NCBI RefSeq assembly: GCF_006345805.1
Contig: NC_043011.1
Span: 17,496,464 to 17,560,463, forward strand
DNA from: Octopus sinensis
Taxonomy: Eukaryota
Length of the DNA stretch: 64,000 nucleotides
Direction: 5' to 3'
In this document: positions 50,307 through 64,000 of the stretch, in pieces
Position numbering within the stretch: position 1 is the stretch's first letter
Layout: each line of letters opens with the position of its first letter
The notes under the pieces: model-generated
Told to the model about the DNA's origin: nothing
Database searches by the model: none
The model's input: the letters and a program-made list of their open reading frames with translations, nothing else
Made by a program: the position numbers and the translations under genes

Positions 50307-52269
50307 TATTATATAAATCTGCTAATTTATTGTATCTCTAAAGCATGGAACTATTAGAGGCTCTTTTGTAAATCGTGCATATTAAGTGATTTTTTCTGTA
50401 ACTTGATGGAATACTTTCTTTGGTCATCCCGTCTATAACGCTTTCTGTCTATCTGCCTGCCTGTCTGTCCGTCTGTCTGTCTCTCTCTCTCTATCTATAT
50501 AGATGTGTGTGTGTGTGTGTGGTGTGTGTGTGTGTTTATGTATATATATAATCACATGCAACTGTGGTGCCTTGCTGTCACAACACTTTAAATAGCTGTT
50601 GGAAATGAACCAAAAGCGCAGTTTCAACATTGTTGTTTGAACTGCTCGGAATCACAGCCAAAACTTCTCTAAACCAATCACCAATAAGTTTTACAAAAAA
50701 AAAAAAAAAAAGAAATGGAGACCTTTGGGATAATGTTCACGGTAGACTTTTTGTGAAAATGGGTAAGATTATACCACGCATGATTTTGATCATATTTCTG
50801 ATCAGTGCTAATCTTGGGCTAAACAACAATAGCGGTCATAAAATCTATAACTTGGCAATTTTTGATGCCGTCTTTATGTACAGTAAAGATATTTTTAGTT
50901 GGACATAATAAAGGACAGTTTCCTATTCATAGTTATAGTAAATAAAACACATTTTTGTGGCTCTCTTTATTATCAACACTCAAAGCTGTGAACAGTGCTA
51001 TTGAAAATATTGTTTTAATGAACAGTAAACCTAGAGTGGGAAGTTTCACTGAATCAATCATATTGGATACTATATTTACTACTGTATTGATTCCTAATTA
51101 TGTTGGTGTTGAGATATAGTAGTTATTTAAAATGCAAAAAGACAAGAAAAACAAAACAAAACAAAAAGCCCAACTCATATTCACTCTTATTTTTCTTTTT
51201 CTTTACTGAAGAATATATATTATAGTAGGCTGCATCAATGTTGATTTCTTTGAAGACGGCCTTTCTATTTTACAAAGGAAATTTTTGGCATAGAGTGTTT
51301 AAACTTCGTATTCATTTTAACCTATTGAACAAACACACACACACTCTCCCTCATCCTCACGCGCGCACAGACACTCACATACGAATATAATCTCGCATTG
51401 CCGTGTCGTTAAGAAGTTCGTTTCATAACCATAGAGTTTCTGGTTGTTTCACTTCGAGGAATCTTCCGCAAGTTTATTGTAACATATTCCCTAGCAGATC
51501 ACTATAAAATGAAAGAAGCACATCACACACACACACGTCGCGCCCCACAAATATTGGTGAATAAGGAAAAAAAAAACAAAAAAAAACAACAAAGTCAAAG
51601 GAAATACACATGCAATATACTCGGTTGACGCTCAGTTTCAGGTGGATAAAAGAGTGGGTGTGACATTTCGAGTATAGCTCTCCGTGAGAAAAGGGAAAAG
51701 GGGAAATGTCCGGAGAGAAGGGAAAGAATAGCTCGAGTAAAGCACGGGTGTGTCTATATGGCTGAAGTGATCGGAAGAGGAGAGAGCTGATATATATGTA
51801 TATCTTATATAATAAAAGAGCAGTTATTTGTGTGTGTTTGTGTATGTGTATGGGTATGTGTGCGTGGGGGTGGGGTATGTTCCTCACGGAATCGAAAACT
51901 GAGTTGCCAACTTGTAGTATGTGGTATCAAAAGATTGAGTAATACTTCGGCTACGATATGAAGTATGTCTTGCACAACTCTTTTATATTACAAGCGGTTG
52001 GGTCGCACAATTTTGGGTTTTTTAGGTAAGGGAGGCAACCTTAGATCGAGCATAGTGAGAAAATGTTTAGATAGAGCATAATGAGAAATATTTTTACCAG
52101 GGAATAAAACTTCGAAGATGTACTATCAACTTTATTAGTATTATTTAGTAGATAATCTTTTAATGTGTAGTATGTTTGTGTTTTGCTTAGCCCAAAGTTA
52201 CCTCTGGTGTAGCAAACCCATCGCATACATTTTTCTACCTGAAATAGTGTAAACCTGTGTCATTCTTTT

Positions 52270-53085
52270 GATAAAAGGGTGTGTCTAAAGAGAGATTTGG
52301 CTGCACTATTGTCTCAGAGGGAAAAAATAGAGATTTAAAACTACGAGAACTGAAAAACGTCCTCCTGGATAGACACTACCCAATCCAACTCATTAATGAA
52401 GGAATAAAACGTGCTAAATCTATCGACACCGAGACATTAAGTAAAACCAAAGACATTAACAAACCTCTCCTTAAAACACTACCATACATTTCCACATACA
52501 ACCCCAGAAACAAAGAAGCATTCAGCACATTTATACAAAACCTTCCAATACTACACAAGGACCCCAAAATAAATAGAATTTTACGTGACATTAGAATTGG
52601 CAAAAGCAACAAACAACCTAAGTCACTAAAGAAACTGCTAACAAACGCAAAATTATTCCCCTTAACAACAAGCCCTAAAGTAAAAGAAAAAAATGTAATC
52701 GCCCCAAATGTGGTACATGCCCCAACCTTTTGGAAGGGTCAGAATACTATTTTAAACACAGGCAACACTTTACCATTAAATCAAATTTCACTTGTGCATC
52801 ACAAAATCTGATCTACGTAATCAGATGCTCGGGCTGCCAGAAAGACTATATCGGTAGCACGGGGAATTCTATCCGTCAACGTTGTACGGTGCATCGTCAA
52901 CAGATACTCTCATCACAATACCGCCAAATTTATCTCAGTGAACATATCGACGTATGTACGAAACAAAGAACCTAAATTCACTATTTTCCCTCTATCTAAA
53001 TTTGCTGACTGGTCTTCTACGCAAGTTCGATTCAGTAAAGAAACATATTTCATCCAAAAATACAAACCTGAACTAAACACCAATT
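52270..53085 (+). mobile_element. Penelope-like element 3' part with GIY-YIG endonuclease (frameshifted)
   Basis: 'LRELKNVLLDRHYPIQLINEGI...LPYISTYNP...KQPKSLKKLL' and 'FTCASQNLIYVIRCSGCQKDYIGSTGNSIRQRCTVH'. Confidence 0.9.
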
Positions 53086-53425
53086 CCTATTACTGATTGT
53101 CACGTAATTACTTGACTCCTGGACATCCATTCATATTAAAACCTGTGTCATTAGAGGTCCGACATGACTCTTATGGAGAAGTATTCATATCTTGGCAATT
53201 GCTTTATCATTCATTTTCTATTGGACTGATTTATTTTATTCAATTATGGAATTTCAACATATACAAAAAGTTATATATGTATGCCAACCACTATTTTTAG
53301 ATATAAATTACTGTTCATACTTCGATGTATATATATATGTATGCATATATATATATATATATAAATAAACAACCTTTGTCCAACAATACAGTGTTACACA
53401 CTCATTTGCATTGTTCGATATGTAC

Positions 53426-53466
<41 letters not shown>

Positions 53467-53596
53467 CAGCAAAACAATTTAGATTCAAAAGAATATGTTA
53501 CTTAACTTAGGTGCACCATAATTTTTTATGGTATTAACCATAAAATTATGTGGGGTGATTATAACCAAGAAGAAAGCAACAAGAATGGATCGGTAT

Positions 53597-53683
53597 TTTA
53601 GTAGAATTGTTTCATACTATAAACATTTTATTTAAAGCTGTAAATATTACAGCAAATATAATGTCAAGTATTCTTCAGCTAAA
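53597..53683 (-). ncRNA. Hammerhead ribozyme copy with stem III mutation
   Basis: Same motif on the minus strand, but ACAATTCT (G16.2 to C) breaks the C15.2-G16.2 pair. Confidence 0.7.
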
Positions 53684-54213
53684 TTTCATATAGATTTTCC
53701 AAACATCTTAGAGAGTGTAAATATCCTTATGAAGTTATAGGGGTGAGTTCCATGAATTTGAAGTAATATTCCAAGAAGACTGTATATGTTTTCCAATAAT
53801 ACAAAATTTTTTAATTAATTGTTGACATTCCAGAGAAGATAAATCTAGTCATAAAGATGTGGATATAAGTTCCAAGAAACATGAGGAGACATGCCGGTCA
53901 GACTACGGTTAAGTTCGCATCTAACTGTTGCAGACCAAATTCTATAGTAGCATGAAAGACAGCGAGGTAAGTGTAGCTAGAGCAAAGGACAGCAGGAGAA
54001 AAATATAATGGGGATGTAAGTAGGAATAAAGATACTACAAAGAAAGGTCAGTCTATATCTGTGGTGACAGAAAATCTAGATCAGTGTAGAAGGAATCTTA
54101 AATTCTTATAAGTTTCACCAACATTTATCATTACTTCAAATTCATGGAACTCACCCCTGTAACTGCATAAGGATATTTACACTCTCTAAGATGTTTGGAA
54201 AACCTATATGAAA

Positions 54214-54300
54214 TTTAGCTGAAGAATACTTAACATTATATTTACTGTAATATTTACAGCTTTAAATAAAATGTTTATAGTATGAAACAATTGTACTAAG
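54214..54300 (+). ncRNA. Type I hammerhead ribozyme with extended stem II
   Basis: TTTAG-CTGAAGA-ATACT[long hairpin including CTGTAA-tat-TTACAG]AGTAT-GAA-ACAATTGT-A|CTAAG; palindromic stem III ACAATTGT; GUA triplet. Confidence 0.82.
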
Positions 54301-54894
54301 CTACCGATCCATTCTTGTTGCTTTTTTCTTGGTTTTATATATATATATATATATATATAATATGTGTGTGAGTATGTATGCTTTTGACTGCTACTATCGG
54401 TGTGCGCATGTGTTGTGGCTTAATCTGATTTTGTATATTATTGCTAGATTATAAAGAATCAACACTGAACCATTATTCAAAATATATTTATCGTAATAAA
54501 TTATGCATTTTCTTATTAGCGGTATTTCTAACAGTTTTGTTTAAGGTAAAATAAATGGAAAATGTTCTAGATATAGAAAGTCATGTAAATATTATCACAA
54601 TATATTATATTATTCTTTTAATGGTTTCACTCATTAGATTGTAACCACGCTTAGTTAAAATCCTTGGTTAAAGTTGTTCGTATTGACATTGATGTCTAGT
54701 TTATCGACCGTGAAATTATAGTAAGAATAGAAGACTTGGGTGGCATTTGAATAGAAATTGTAAAATGATGTAAACATCATTGTTTGGATAATTTATTGAT
54801 CAGTGTAGCGAAATTGCTGAATCATGAAAGTGCCAGGTGGTCTCACACACACGTGCGCGCGCACACGTACACACACGTACACACACACACACAT

Positions 54895-55050
54895 ACACGA
54901 ACGGGCTTCTTTCAGTCTCCGTCTACTAAATCCACTCATAAGGTTTTGATCGGTCCATGGCTATAACAGCTGAACTTGTCACGTAGTGGAACTGAACCCC
55001 GGTCCATATGGTTGGGGAGTAAGATTCGTACCGCAGAGCCAAGCCTGCAT
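54895..55050 (-). mobile_element. SINE family A 5' fragment
   Basis: 'acgggcttctttcagtctccgtctactaaatccactc...ggaactgaacccc'. Confidence 0.75.
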
Positions 55051-55319
55051 CGCTGAGAGATGCAACGTTTCATTACACTGTTCTTACACGGTGTCAGATT
55101 TAGTCGCAATCTGAAACATCATGTGCAGCGGTCTTCTAACTTTGTCTCAGAAAAATCTAAGATTTTGAATGAAATTTCTTGAATAGAAACTGAGAAGAAT
55201 TTCGACGGATATCTTGCTCGAGTTGGAGAGTTGTAGACTAAATCTTTCTCCCAATCAATTACCATTACAAGCCTTTTAAGTGCCAGTAGCTGTACATCCA
55301 GGTGAAATTAGTGGTCTAA

Positions 55320-55470
55320 GAATATTGAGTTCAAATTTTGGCCCAAGGCCATCAAGTGCAGGAGAGGTGGGTAAATAGATTACATCGACCCCAGTGCTCA
55401 ACTGGTACTTATTTTATTGATGAAATGACACTAATCGTGTAGCCCTGCGTGCTAACAATTCAGCCGCCAG
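55320..55470 (-). mobile_element. SINE family C, degenerate
   Basis: 'gattacatcgaccccagtgctcaactggtacttattttattga'. Confidence 0.65.
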
Positions 55471-56189
55471 ATCGCCGCCCTAGTGATCTGAGAGTATTCC
55501 CATTTATTTCATCTCTCCACTCAGAAATTTTTGAAATAGATCATGATTACTGTTCTCCATTATCTGGTTAAGCCAGTAAAACATTAAAAAATGTTAATTC
55601 CTACAAAATTATTGAATTATGCATTTTGATTCAACTAAGTTAAATGTAAACGCAGCGTTATTGTGTTAAACCATTCTTTTTTTCTAGTATTTTGTGTATG
55701 ATTCTTCGAGATAAAGGAAATAATAAACCTACTGTGGAATGGTACAAATATTTAAAAAATATATTTTGGGGTTTTTGTGTAGTTCAATGCTATCCATATT
55801 TGACCACATATATAAAAAATGCTCATACTAAAATTATTCTATATATTTAGTCAATATTAAGAGTTTGCAAAAATACAGTGTCTGATGCCTTCTAATATAT
55901 GTAGAGGACGGAGTGAGATTGGAGAGAGATTGTGTGCTTTTTGTAGAACAGATGAAATATCTCCATAGTGTCTCTTCCTAGTGTCTAATATAAACACATT
56001 TTTTATGGAGAAAAATATACTAATACTTTCAAAATGACAAATTTGTAAAGGTTAAGAATTACATTTGTACTTCTTATAAGTCAAAGAATAATTTTACGTA
56101 GCAGCACTCAACGTACATATATAAGATATTTGCAAACTATCTAGAAAAAAATACTAAATCATAAAAGAGCAGCATTTCAATAGTGGTGC

Positions 56190-56590
56190 TATATGTTCCC
56201 ATCTATTATTGAAGCAAAATCAAAATCTGGCATTTTCGTTGGAGAACTGATGAAAAATGTCAATTTTGGAAACACTTTATCTGATGTTTATTTAGAAAAC
56301 TGGCAAGCATTTAAATATTTTGTCCTAGAATTTGTATGGAAATGAGAAAACCTAGATTAGACACAACTAGTAGAAAACGTGATTGATAGATTTCATCAAT
56401 TGTAGAAGAAGCAGGAAAAATATAAAATTGTGCTGCCTATATTTGCATCTCCCTTGTTTGCCAGGAAACTGTGTCAATGAAATAAAAAAAGAAAGTAAAG
56501 TAAATACTTTCAGAAAGACATTATGGTAATGGTAGACAGATATCAAGACAAGTGGAACAATAGCATGATGTTTGGTTGTTGAAAAAGACA
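56190..56590 (+). mobile_element. Second, older Chapaev3-like transposase fragment
   Basis: 'EAKSKSGIFVGELM...WQAFK...FQKDIMVMVDRYQDKWNNSMM' parallels the C-terminal half of 23133-25289. Confidence 0.65.
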
Positions 56591-57549
56591 TGAACGAACT
56601 CTGAAATGAATAATAAAATCTTGAAAAATATTTTTCCTTGTTTTTGTTTTTTCGAATATATTTTTGTTGTTATTAAAAAAAATCTTATCTGATCTGATAA
56701 GAAAAACGAGAAAGAAACCAATATCAAACTCAGAAAGTATACATCAAACTTGATTGGACTGAGACAATATTATTGAAAATAAGACGAAAAGTTCCAAAAT
56801 GTAGGTTACTTTCATTAGGTACTAAAAATTCTTCCTGCGCAATATAATGACATAGGTAATGATATTGATTTGTTTTATTCGCATATCTTAAATAAAATCT
56901 ATTATAGCGTTGCCTTAGTATGCCCATAGCAATCAGGTTGGAACACGTAATACAGTAACACTACTGATATTAATTTTCCTCCTGACTCGTTGTAATAAAT
57001 ACTAGTAATATATTTGCTGGTAAAATAAATACTAGTAATATGGTATGCATGGTTAAACATGTCACAGATCATAAATAACATTCTGGTATACCTACGACAG
57101 CAGCTTCTTCATGTTTAACTCGTCACCCAATCTGCCGAAAACACTAGGCAAACGTCCTGCACATTGCATTCCTAACAGCTTATAAATCATTGGTTATATT
57201 GTATGAGGATCATCTTGATACATTATGACTGATAAAATAAAAGATTTGACGATGTTATGACTGAATAGTATTTATCTGAATAGTATTTATTCAATGAAGA
57301 TTGAGCTACCGCCAATCAATAATATAGCAGCAAGAAAAATTGAAAGTGTTAAAGACGAAGTCAACATTTGCATGATTTGAACCGAAGGAATTGAACAAAT
57401 CTAGTCTTATACGAATCCTATTAAATCTTCCAATGTAGTCGTTTGGCATTTCCCCTTTTTGCCTTACGTTAATAAACAGATTTTCTTAAAGAGGAATAAG
57501 CATGAATATATATTTGCCAGAATAAGGCATTTAACTATATGCATGCACT

Positions 57550-57601
<52 letters not shown>

Positions 57602-57602
57602 A

Positions 57603-57911
57603 AGGCGCAATGGCCCAATGTTTAGGACAGCAGACTCGCGGTCGTAGGATCGCGGTTTCGATTCCCAGACCGGGCGTTGTGAGTGTTTATTGAGTGAAAA
57701 CACCTATAAGCTCCACACGGCTCCGACAGGTGGATGGCGATACCTGCAGTATACCTTCGCCACTACTTTCTCTTACTCATTTTTCTTCTGTTGGCCTGCT
57801 CGTTTAGCCAGCGGGGTGGCGTCATTTGAAGGCTAAAACAATGCCAAGTGTATTGTGACCAGCGATATGTAGCAACATTTGATAGCCTGGTCGGTCACGG
57901 TGATCACGGTG

Positions 57912-57912
<1 letters not shown>
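57603..57912 (+). mobile_element. SINE family B (short-tail variant)
   Basis: tRNA-like head; tail 'gcctggtcggtcacggtgatcacggtgata' shared with 5215 and with the fragment at 4138-4195. Confidence 0.9.
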
Positions 57913-57988
<76 letters not shown>

Positions 57989-57996
57989 CATATATA

Positions 57997-58035
<39 letters not shown>

Positions 58036-61007
58036 TACGTATTTCAGGATTTATTGCTTCGTTTTCAGCACCACTTCCAAACTAGATAATATCCACGAAT
58101 GCGTTGCTTAAATACTCACTGTAACACTATTGGATGTTCCGATTTACATATTAAACACGTCTCTGGTAACTGATTCGTACATGCATATTGATTACTGCCT
58201 GGAACACATATCTATCTATACGCGTTTATGTGTTTCAGTGGCTGTACTTGGGTATATCATTCACTCACTGCCATGGGTGAATATATTCTTAAGACCAACT
58301 GTTAGTTCCTATCAAGAACGTCTAGGTCTCATCATTAATTTAGTTATAAACCAAATTGAATGCGTTTATCTTTGACAAATAAGCTCATGTTTAATGTTAC
58401 ATTTTGAGATAAAATAACTGAAATTTGGATCATTGAAAAAAGTTTGGTCAAATTATGTGAGGTCAAAAGTGAGAAAGTAAGGCAAAAAATTGACTTTGAT
58501 TCAAAATACTTAAGTTATTTTAACAGAAATCTATAGATTAATAGATTAATTAGGTTTAAAAGAATGTGCTCATGGAGAAGAATCTTTTCGTGAAAATCTC
58601 CTGAAAAACTTAGTGACGAAAAAATGATAAGCAGTTCCACAAAACTGCCTTTGAATCAAAATAACCCAGCTATTGCAAAAGGAAATCATACATTATACAA
58701 TAGCTGTGTTCAAATACAAGAAGTCTACAAAATGAATTTTATGGTGCAAACCTCGTAAAAAAATATTTGTTATAAAAATGTGGTGCGGCTTTAAGTGACG
58801 AAAGAAAAAAAGGATGATCATTTTAACAAATCAAAATATCTAGCGCTATACAAGACCTATTTTTGTCAAGGGCTGCCTTGTTTAATAGCTCAGTGTCCTT
58901 AATCGCAGATTGAGATGTAAGGGAGTTCGGTTCTCTATAGTGGCTTGCTGGCCACTTTCTTCTCTTTTCTGAGGGTATTTAGTCAATATTCAGAGCTGTT
59001 TTCGCAGAGATTCTGCGTTTGGAATTTACTTCAGACGACAGAGTTCTATAAGAAGAATCTTATGCTGAAAACCTTGCCAAAACATATTTGCAACAAAATG
59101 TTGTGTGACTTTAAATGACGAGAAAGGTGATAATTTTAAGAAATCAAAATATTTTTGTCTTTCTAAGATAAAAATATTATTCGAGCTAAAATTTAAGAGA
59201 TCATTGAGACGAATATTTGGGTGAAAATCCCGTTTAAAAATATGAAAGCGTAAAAAATGTTACAACATTTAATAATTTCATATTAGTTTTTATTATTTTG
59301 TATATTTATTGAAATATGTACGCAGTGAAAACATATTAAAATTTCTAAAAAATAATCACGCATAAAAAACCCCCACAGGAGATTGTTTTAAAGATATGTT
59401 TTTGCAACAGATATACTACTATCAATCCTTCAATATTTTTAGGTACACACAAAATTTCTTCGTCTGAACGAATCTTTTTTTTTAGAAACATATTCACAAT
59501 AATATAATTTTGTTTTCAAATATCAAGAGAAATTTAATTTATAATACTAAACGCGTTACCTGCTATAAAATGTGGGCTAGAAGAAAAAATGCGAGCACAA
59601 AATACTAGAATATTCTTAAGCATTGAACTTGGAAAAATACACAACAAGCTGTACCAGATTGAAAATGCAGACACAGGGTGCTATAATATTCTTATGTTTT
59701 TAAACGGGAAATGTACAGGACAAGAATAAAAATGTTCAAAATATTGTTGCTGAAGTTAGAATTTGTTAAATATATTTCTGAAATTGTTCACCAAAAAGTG
59801 TGTGCAGTGATGTGTGTTTTGCTTTTTATGGCATTTAAAAAAAAAAATTATGGCATATTTTGGCTTTATATTGCAAATTATTTTAATTCAAGTTAATTTT
59901 CTCATTTAAAAAATACTTTGTGTTAATCTAAAACATTTCTGTATATTTAGTATTATATTTTTTAAATGTAATTTTCCTTAACACTCTGCAAAAATTTAAA
60001 TCACAAATATTGTTATAAAATTATTCTCATGTAGAATATATGTAATTCAAAATGTAAAAAGCAAAGAAAAGAAAAGAAAATTATAAAAATAAAATTTCTA
60101 AAAAAACAAAAGAATTAATTTCTTTAATGTTTGCATTATCAGATAACAAAGAATTTTCTATTTACAATTAGAAGAATATTTTAAAAATGAAAGCTAATGA
60201 GCAAATTGACTGCAACGTGTAGAAATGACTCACTAGCCTTCTTTAAAAACAACTAAGGGGTTACAATGATCTGTCAATTTTGCTTAAATTGCTGTTATCT
60301 GATTTCTTTAAATAAATAAATTTGTAAGATCAAATTTTTAATGTGTAAACTTGCAGGCAATTAATGTTTTCTCGAAAATTTAAAAGTAAATAGCTCCTTC
60401 AGTATTGAAATGTAATAAATAAATAAATAAATAAGAGAGCATTTATTAAATATTCTAGTTTTAAATTCTAACTTCAATAGCAATGTCTTAAGTTATTTCG
60501 CTTTTCGTGTGGTGTACTTTTCCTGGTTCAATACCTAAGAATATTCTAGGATTCTTCACCTGCACTTTTAATGATTATGTCGAATGTCACATTTAAGACC
60601 CACCAACGATTTGCAAAGAAGGCCATACACACACGCGCGCACGCATACACAGATATATGGAGGCACAAATTACGGCCTTTTTGGTAAGTAGCGCCTATTC
60701 TAAGCACAGTGTACATTAAAAGATATTTATCTGTCACTGGATGGGGTACTGTATTGTAAATCCTATGTTGATAGATCAGTTAACTATATATATATATAAA
60801 TTTAAATAATGAAAGCGAAAAATTGAATATTAATTTGATTGATATCAATTTAAAACCAGTGGCCTAGCATATTGAAAAATCTGAAGATTCATATGTATAA
60901 AATTCAGATTATATATATGTAACATAATGTGAGGATTATATTACATATATATAAGAGGGTTCATCATATATATAAGAGGGATGTCTAATTAGTAATCATC
61001 CCTCTTC

Positions 61008-61042
<35 letters not shown>

Positions 61043-61582
61043 GTATGACATCTATATTATTTGATGAAATTTTATTTAACAATAAGAAAATTCAAATTTT
61101 ATCACAAATTGTTTCGCAACTTAAAAAATATGTAAATAATTTATATGATTATATATAATAATAAATAAATTACTTACATGCCTACATTAATACAATATGT
61201 AAAACATCCTTGAAAATATTACAGAATTTAAGCTGCTTCCTGAAAGAATTTCATTCACCTGAGGACGTAGCTTCTAAACTTTTGCATTATTATGAAGTAT
61301 ATTTTGCATTTTCATTAATGCAGGCATAGAAGTAATTTATTTATTATTAAATATAATAATATAAATTATCTACATGATTTTAAGTTACCAAGCAATTTGG
61401 CGTACATTTTGAATTTTCTTATTCTTAAATGCAATTTCATCAAATTATTTCTCTATCATTCTTGACTTTATACACTCATTATCGCTTCCTCTTGACTTTA
61501 TATATTCTGTTTTACAGAATAAATTAAGAATATTTTTCACGAGTCCGACAAGATTACTTGAATCCATATATTGTGACTTCAG

Positions 61583-61658
<76 letters not shown>

Positions 61659-62024
61659 AATATATATATAACAATTTTGAAAAATATTTGAGTACCTTGA
61701 ATTACGAATTGGCGAGCATGAATGAGGGTAAATATAGTTTAAAGTCATGACTTTCTTTTCACATAATACGGAGCATACAGCTGAAGTTTGTAATATGTAT
61801 CAAATTTAGATTTAATTAATTTTCAAAATTGATTGATTTGGTTTGTACGTTAAATGTGAAGTTTGTTCTTTATGAACAGTGGTAACTTTAAATAAACTTC
61901 ATTCATCTCGCTGGCATTATTCATCCATTTCATATCAAGGAGAGTTGTTGACTTATTTAAACATTGATAATTCAACACACATGCAAGATAAGTTCTCCCT
62001 CTCTCTTTTTCTCTCTCTCTCTCT

Positions 62025-62055
<31 letters not shown>

Positions 62056-62057
<2 letters not shown>

Positions 62058-62608
62058 AGCAAAACACTCCCCGTTTATTGGACGATGCCGCATCATATCT
62101 GTTGAATAAGAAGCAATCACTGTTTTCTTTTCATTGAAAAATAATTAACCATGCCTTTATTTCAATAAAATTTTTGCTTTTGTTAAACGAAGTTAAGGCA
62201 AACTAAATCTTCTTGAGAAACCAAATTGGGTTTCCTTCTTTCATGCCAAGTTTGAAGAAAATATCTCTTTTGCATCTTACGTTTTTGGTTTCTTGAATAT
62301 ACTGCATTTTGTGATATTATTTCAAACCAGCGGGCTTTTTTGCGCAAACTGCACGTGCATTTTTCTCGCGTACGCGTAGTATCGATCGCAACAGCTGATG
62401 TACTGGCGCGTACAATTGCAGGTTCCCACGGCTTTATCGATCGCATTCTCACCTGGAATCGATTTTTGTAATTTTTTCAAAACATATACACGCCTTGATA
62501 CCGTCGGTATCTACATATCAATTTTGAGCGCAATCGGATGGAGGATGCCCGAGATCCTAGAAGAGATACACACAGACAGATAGAACGTATTTTATATATA
62601 TATATATA
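62056..62608 (-). mobile_element. Helitron-like non-autonomous element (same family as 34262-34811)
   Basis: Colinear homology over about 520 bp; 3' end CTCG|T with an imperfect hairpin; 5' end in (TA)n. Confidence 0.75.
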
Positions 62609-62999
62609 CCAAACACTATTTTAACTTTTTTTATACAAGACTATTTTCTTTCTTTGTATATAATTATGTCTGTTTTTCTGAGGTTTTTCTGATCCATGTA
62701 CGTTTGTATTCATTCTTCAATGACTACTGTGCAGAGAGGAATTACGTGTGATATGAGACCTAGATGAGAAATGCAGTTCTTAAAACAGAACATCTTGTAG
62801 TATGAGCTTCCAGAAAGGTTTCATCACACGCACTTCATTTATATCGCATGTTTGACGTTAACTTTTTTTCCAATTATTTATCACAAAAGACTAACGTTTT
62901 ACTCTCCAATCACTTGTTATATGGGTATTTGTTGAGCTCTTTTGATGAAAGACACCTCTCTAACACTAATTATCATGCAATCCATGCAAATAATGTTTT

Positions 63000-63197
63000 T
63001 GATCAGTGTGTTTATACTTCATGTATATATATATACATACAAACATTATGTACGTGTATATGCGTGTATACATGCATACAATTATGTAAGCTCTCCCTCT
63101 CTCTCTCTCTCTCTCACATATATATCCATATCTTCATCCGCACCGATGCGTTCATGCAATTATGTGTATATATATTTATATATTATATGTATATCTA

Positions 63198-63270
<73 letters not shown>

Positions 63271-63356
63271 CTATCTATCTATCTATATATATATATATAT
63301 ACATATATACATATATATCATATGTATATATATATTATATGTATATATATATATAT

Positions 63357-63387
<31 letters not shown>

Positions 63388-63530
63388 TATATATGTATAT
63401 ATACATATATATGTATATATATATATATTATATGTATATATATGTATATATACATATATATGTATATATATATTATATGTATATGTATATGTATATATAT
63501 ATTATATGTATATATATTATATGTATATAC

Positions 63531-63561
<31 letters not shown>

Positions 63562-63625
63562 CGCATACATATATTTATGTATTTGTGTGTGTGCGTATGT
63601 TGTGCGTGTGTATGTGTGTATGTAA
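63000..63625. repeat. Complex (TCTA)n/(TA)n/(TATG)n microsatellite
   Basis: Direct reading; explains the low-complexity ORFs in the ORF track. Confidence 0.97.
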
Positions 63626-64000
63626 GAATTATACATACAACGGAATATTTCCTGTAAGTCATGTAATGTAGATGTGGTAGAAGTACGAAACTAAGAAGTA
63701 AAAAAATCAAAAATAAAGAACAAAATGTAATGACTAACTATAACAGCACATACTTTGCAAATGATAAAAATATAAATTGATTTTGCAGATGTTTTGAACA
63801 TGGAGATGAGTAATTATATGACAAAAGAAAAAAAGAAAAACAAATGAAAAAAACAACTATACTTATCCAAATGATTTCTATTGCATATTTAAATATCTGA
63901 ACCTCCATGCAAATAATTAGCTGCATATCTCGTTATTTTCATCGGTATATTTGCTTTTATTTATTTTTCTATTTTCTTTTTGCTCTATATGGTTACTTTT

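Larger units (their letters stand above)
53563..54334. mobile_element. Inverted-repeat element (205-bp arms, 362-bp spacer), Penelope-type inverted pLTRs
   Basis: Arms 53563-53767 and 54130-54334 are reverse complements; each carries an HHR motif. Confidence 0.8.

Noticed and set aside
62848-63710. Long ORFs of 130-269 aa
   Set aside because: Artefacts of TA/TCTA/TATG microsatellites; the same applies to ORFs at 4124-4393, 39662-40254 and 47235-49038.

Overview
AT-rich, microsatellite-laden eukaryotic genomic DNA. The SINE families and repeat landscape suggest a cephalopod such as Octopus (inference). No host protein-coding gene could be identified; there is one plausible orphan exon at 12754-12867. 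The window is dominated by mobile DNA: at least three tRNA-derived SINE families plus two other dispersed repeats, decayed non-LTR retrotransposons (L1/Tx1, RTE, RLE-type R4/Dong-like, several Penelope-like elements), Tc1/mariner remnants, a complete but pseudogenised Chapaev3-like transposon with TIRs and TTA TSD, Tc1- and hAT-type MITEs and Helitron-like non-autonomous elements. The most notable signal is a set of type I hammerhead ribozyme (HHR) motifs in four unrelated repeat families: (1) a near-canonical HHR inside a 352-bp tandem unit whose second copy ends at the predicted cleavage site (retrozyme-like, 3623-4141); (2) an HHR with a roughly 58-nt stem II in both arms of a 205-bp inverted repeat (53563-54334); (3) an HHR next to a Penelope-like fragment (32451-32511); (4) an HHR-shaped fold with a swapped G3:C8 core in a fold-back element with a 13-bp TSD (37655-37971). 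A 2-kb repeat-free block of tightly packed decayed ORFs (about 29690-31660) may be an endogenous viral relic. All calls are manual and were made without database searches. Boundaries marked approximate may be off by tens of bases.
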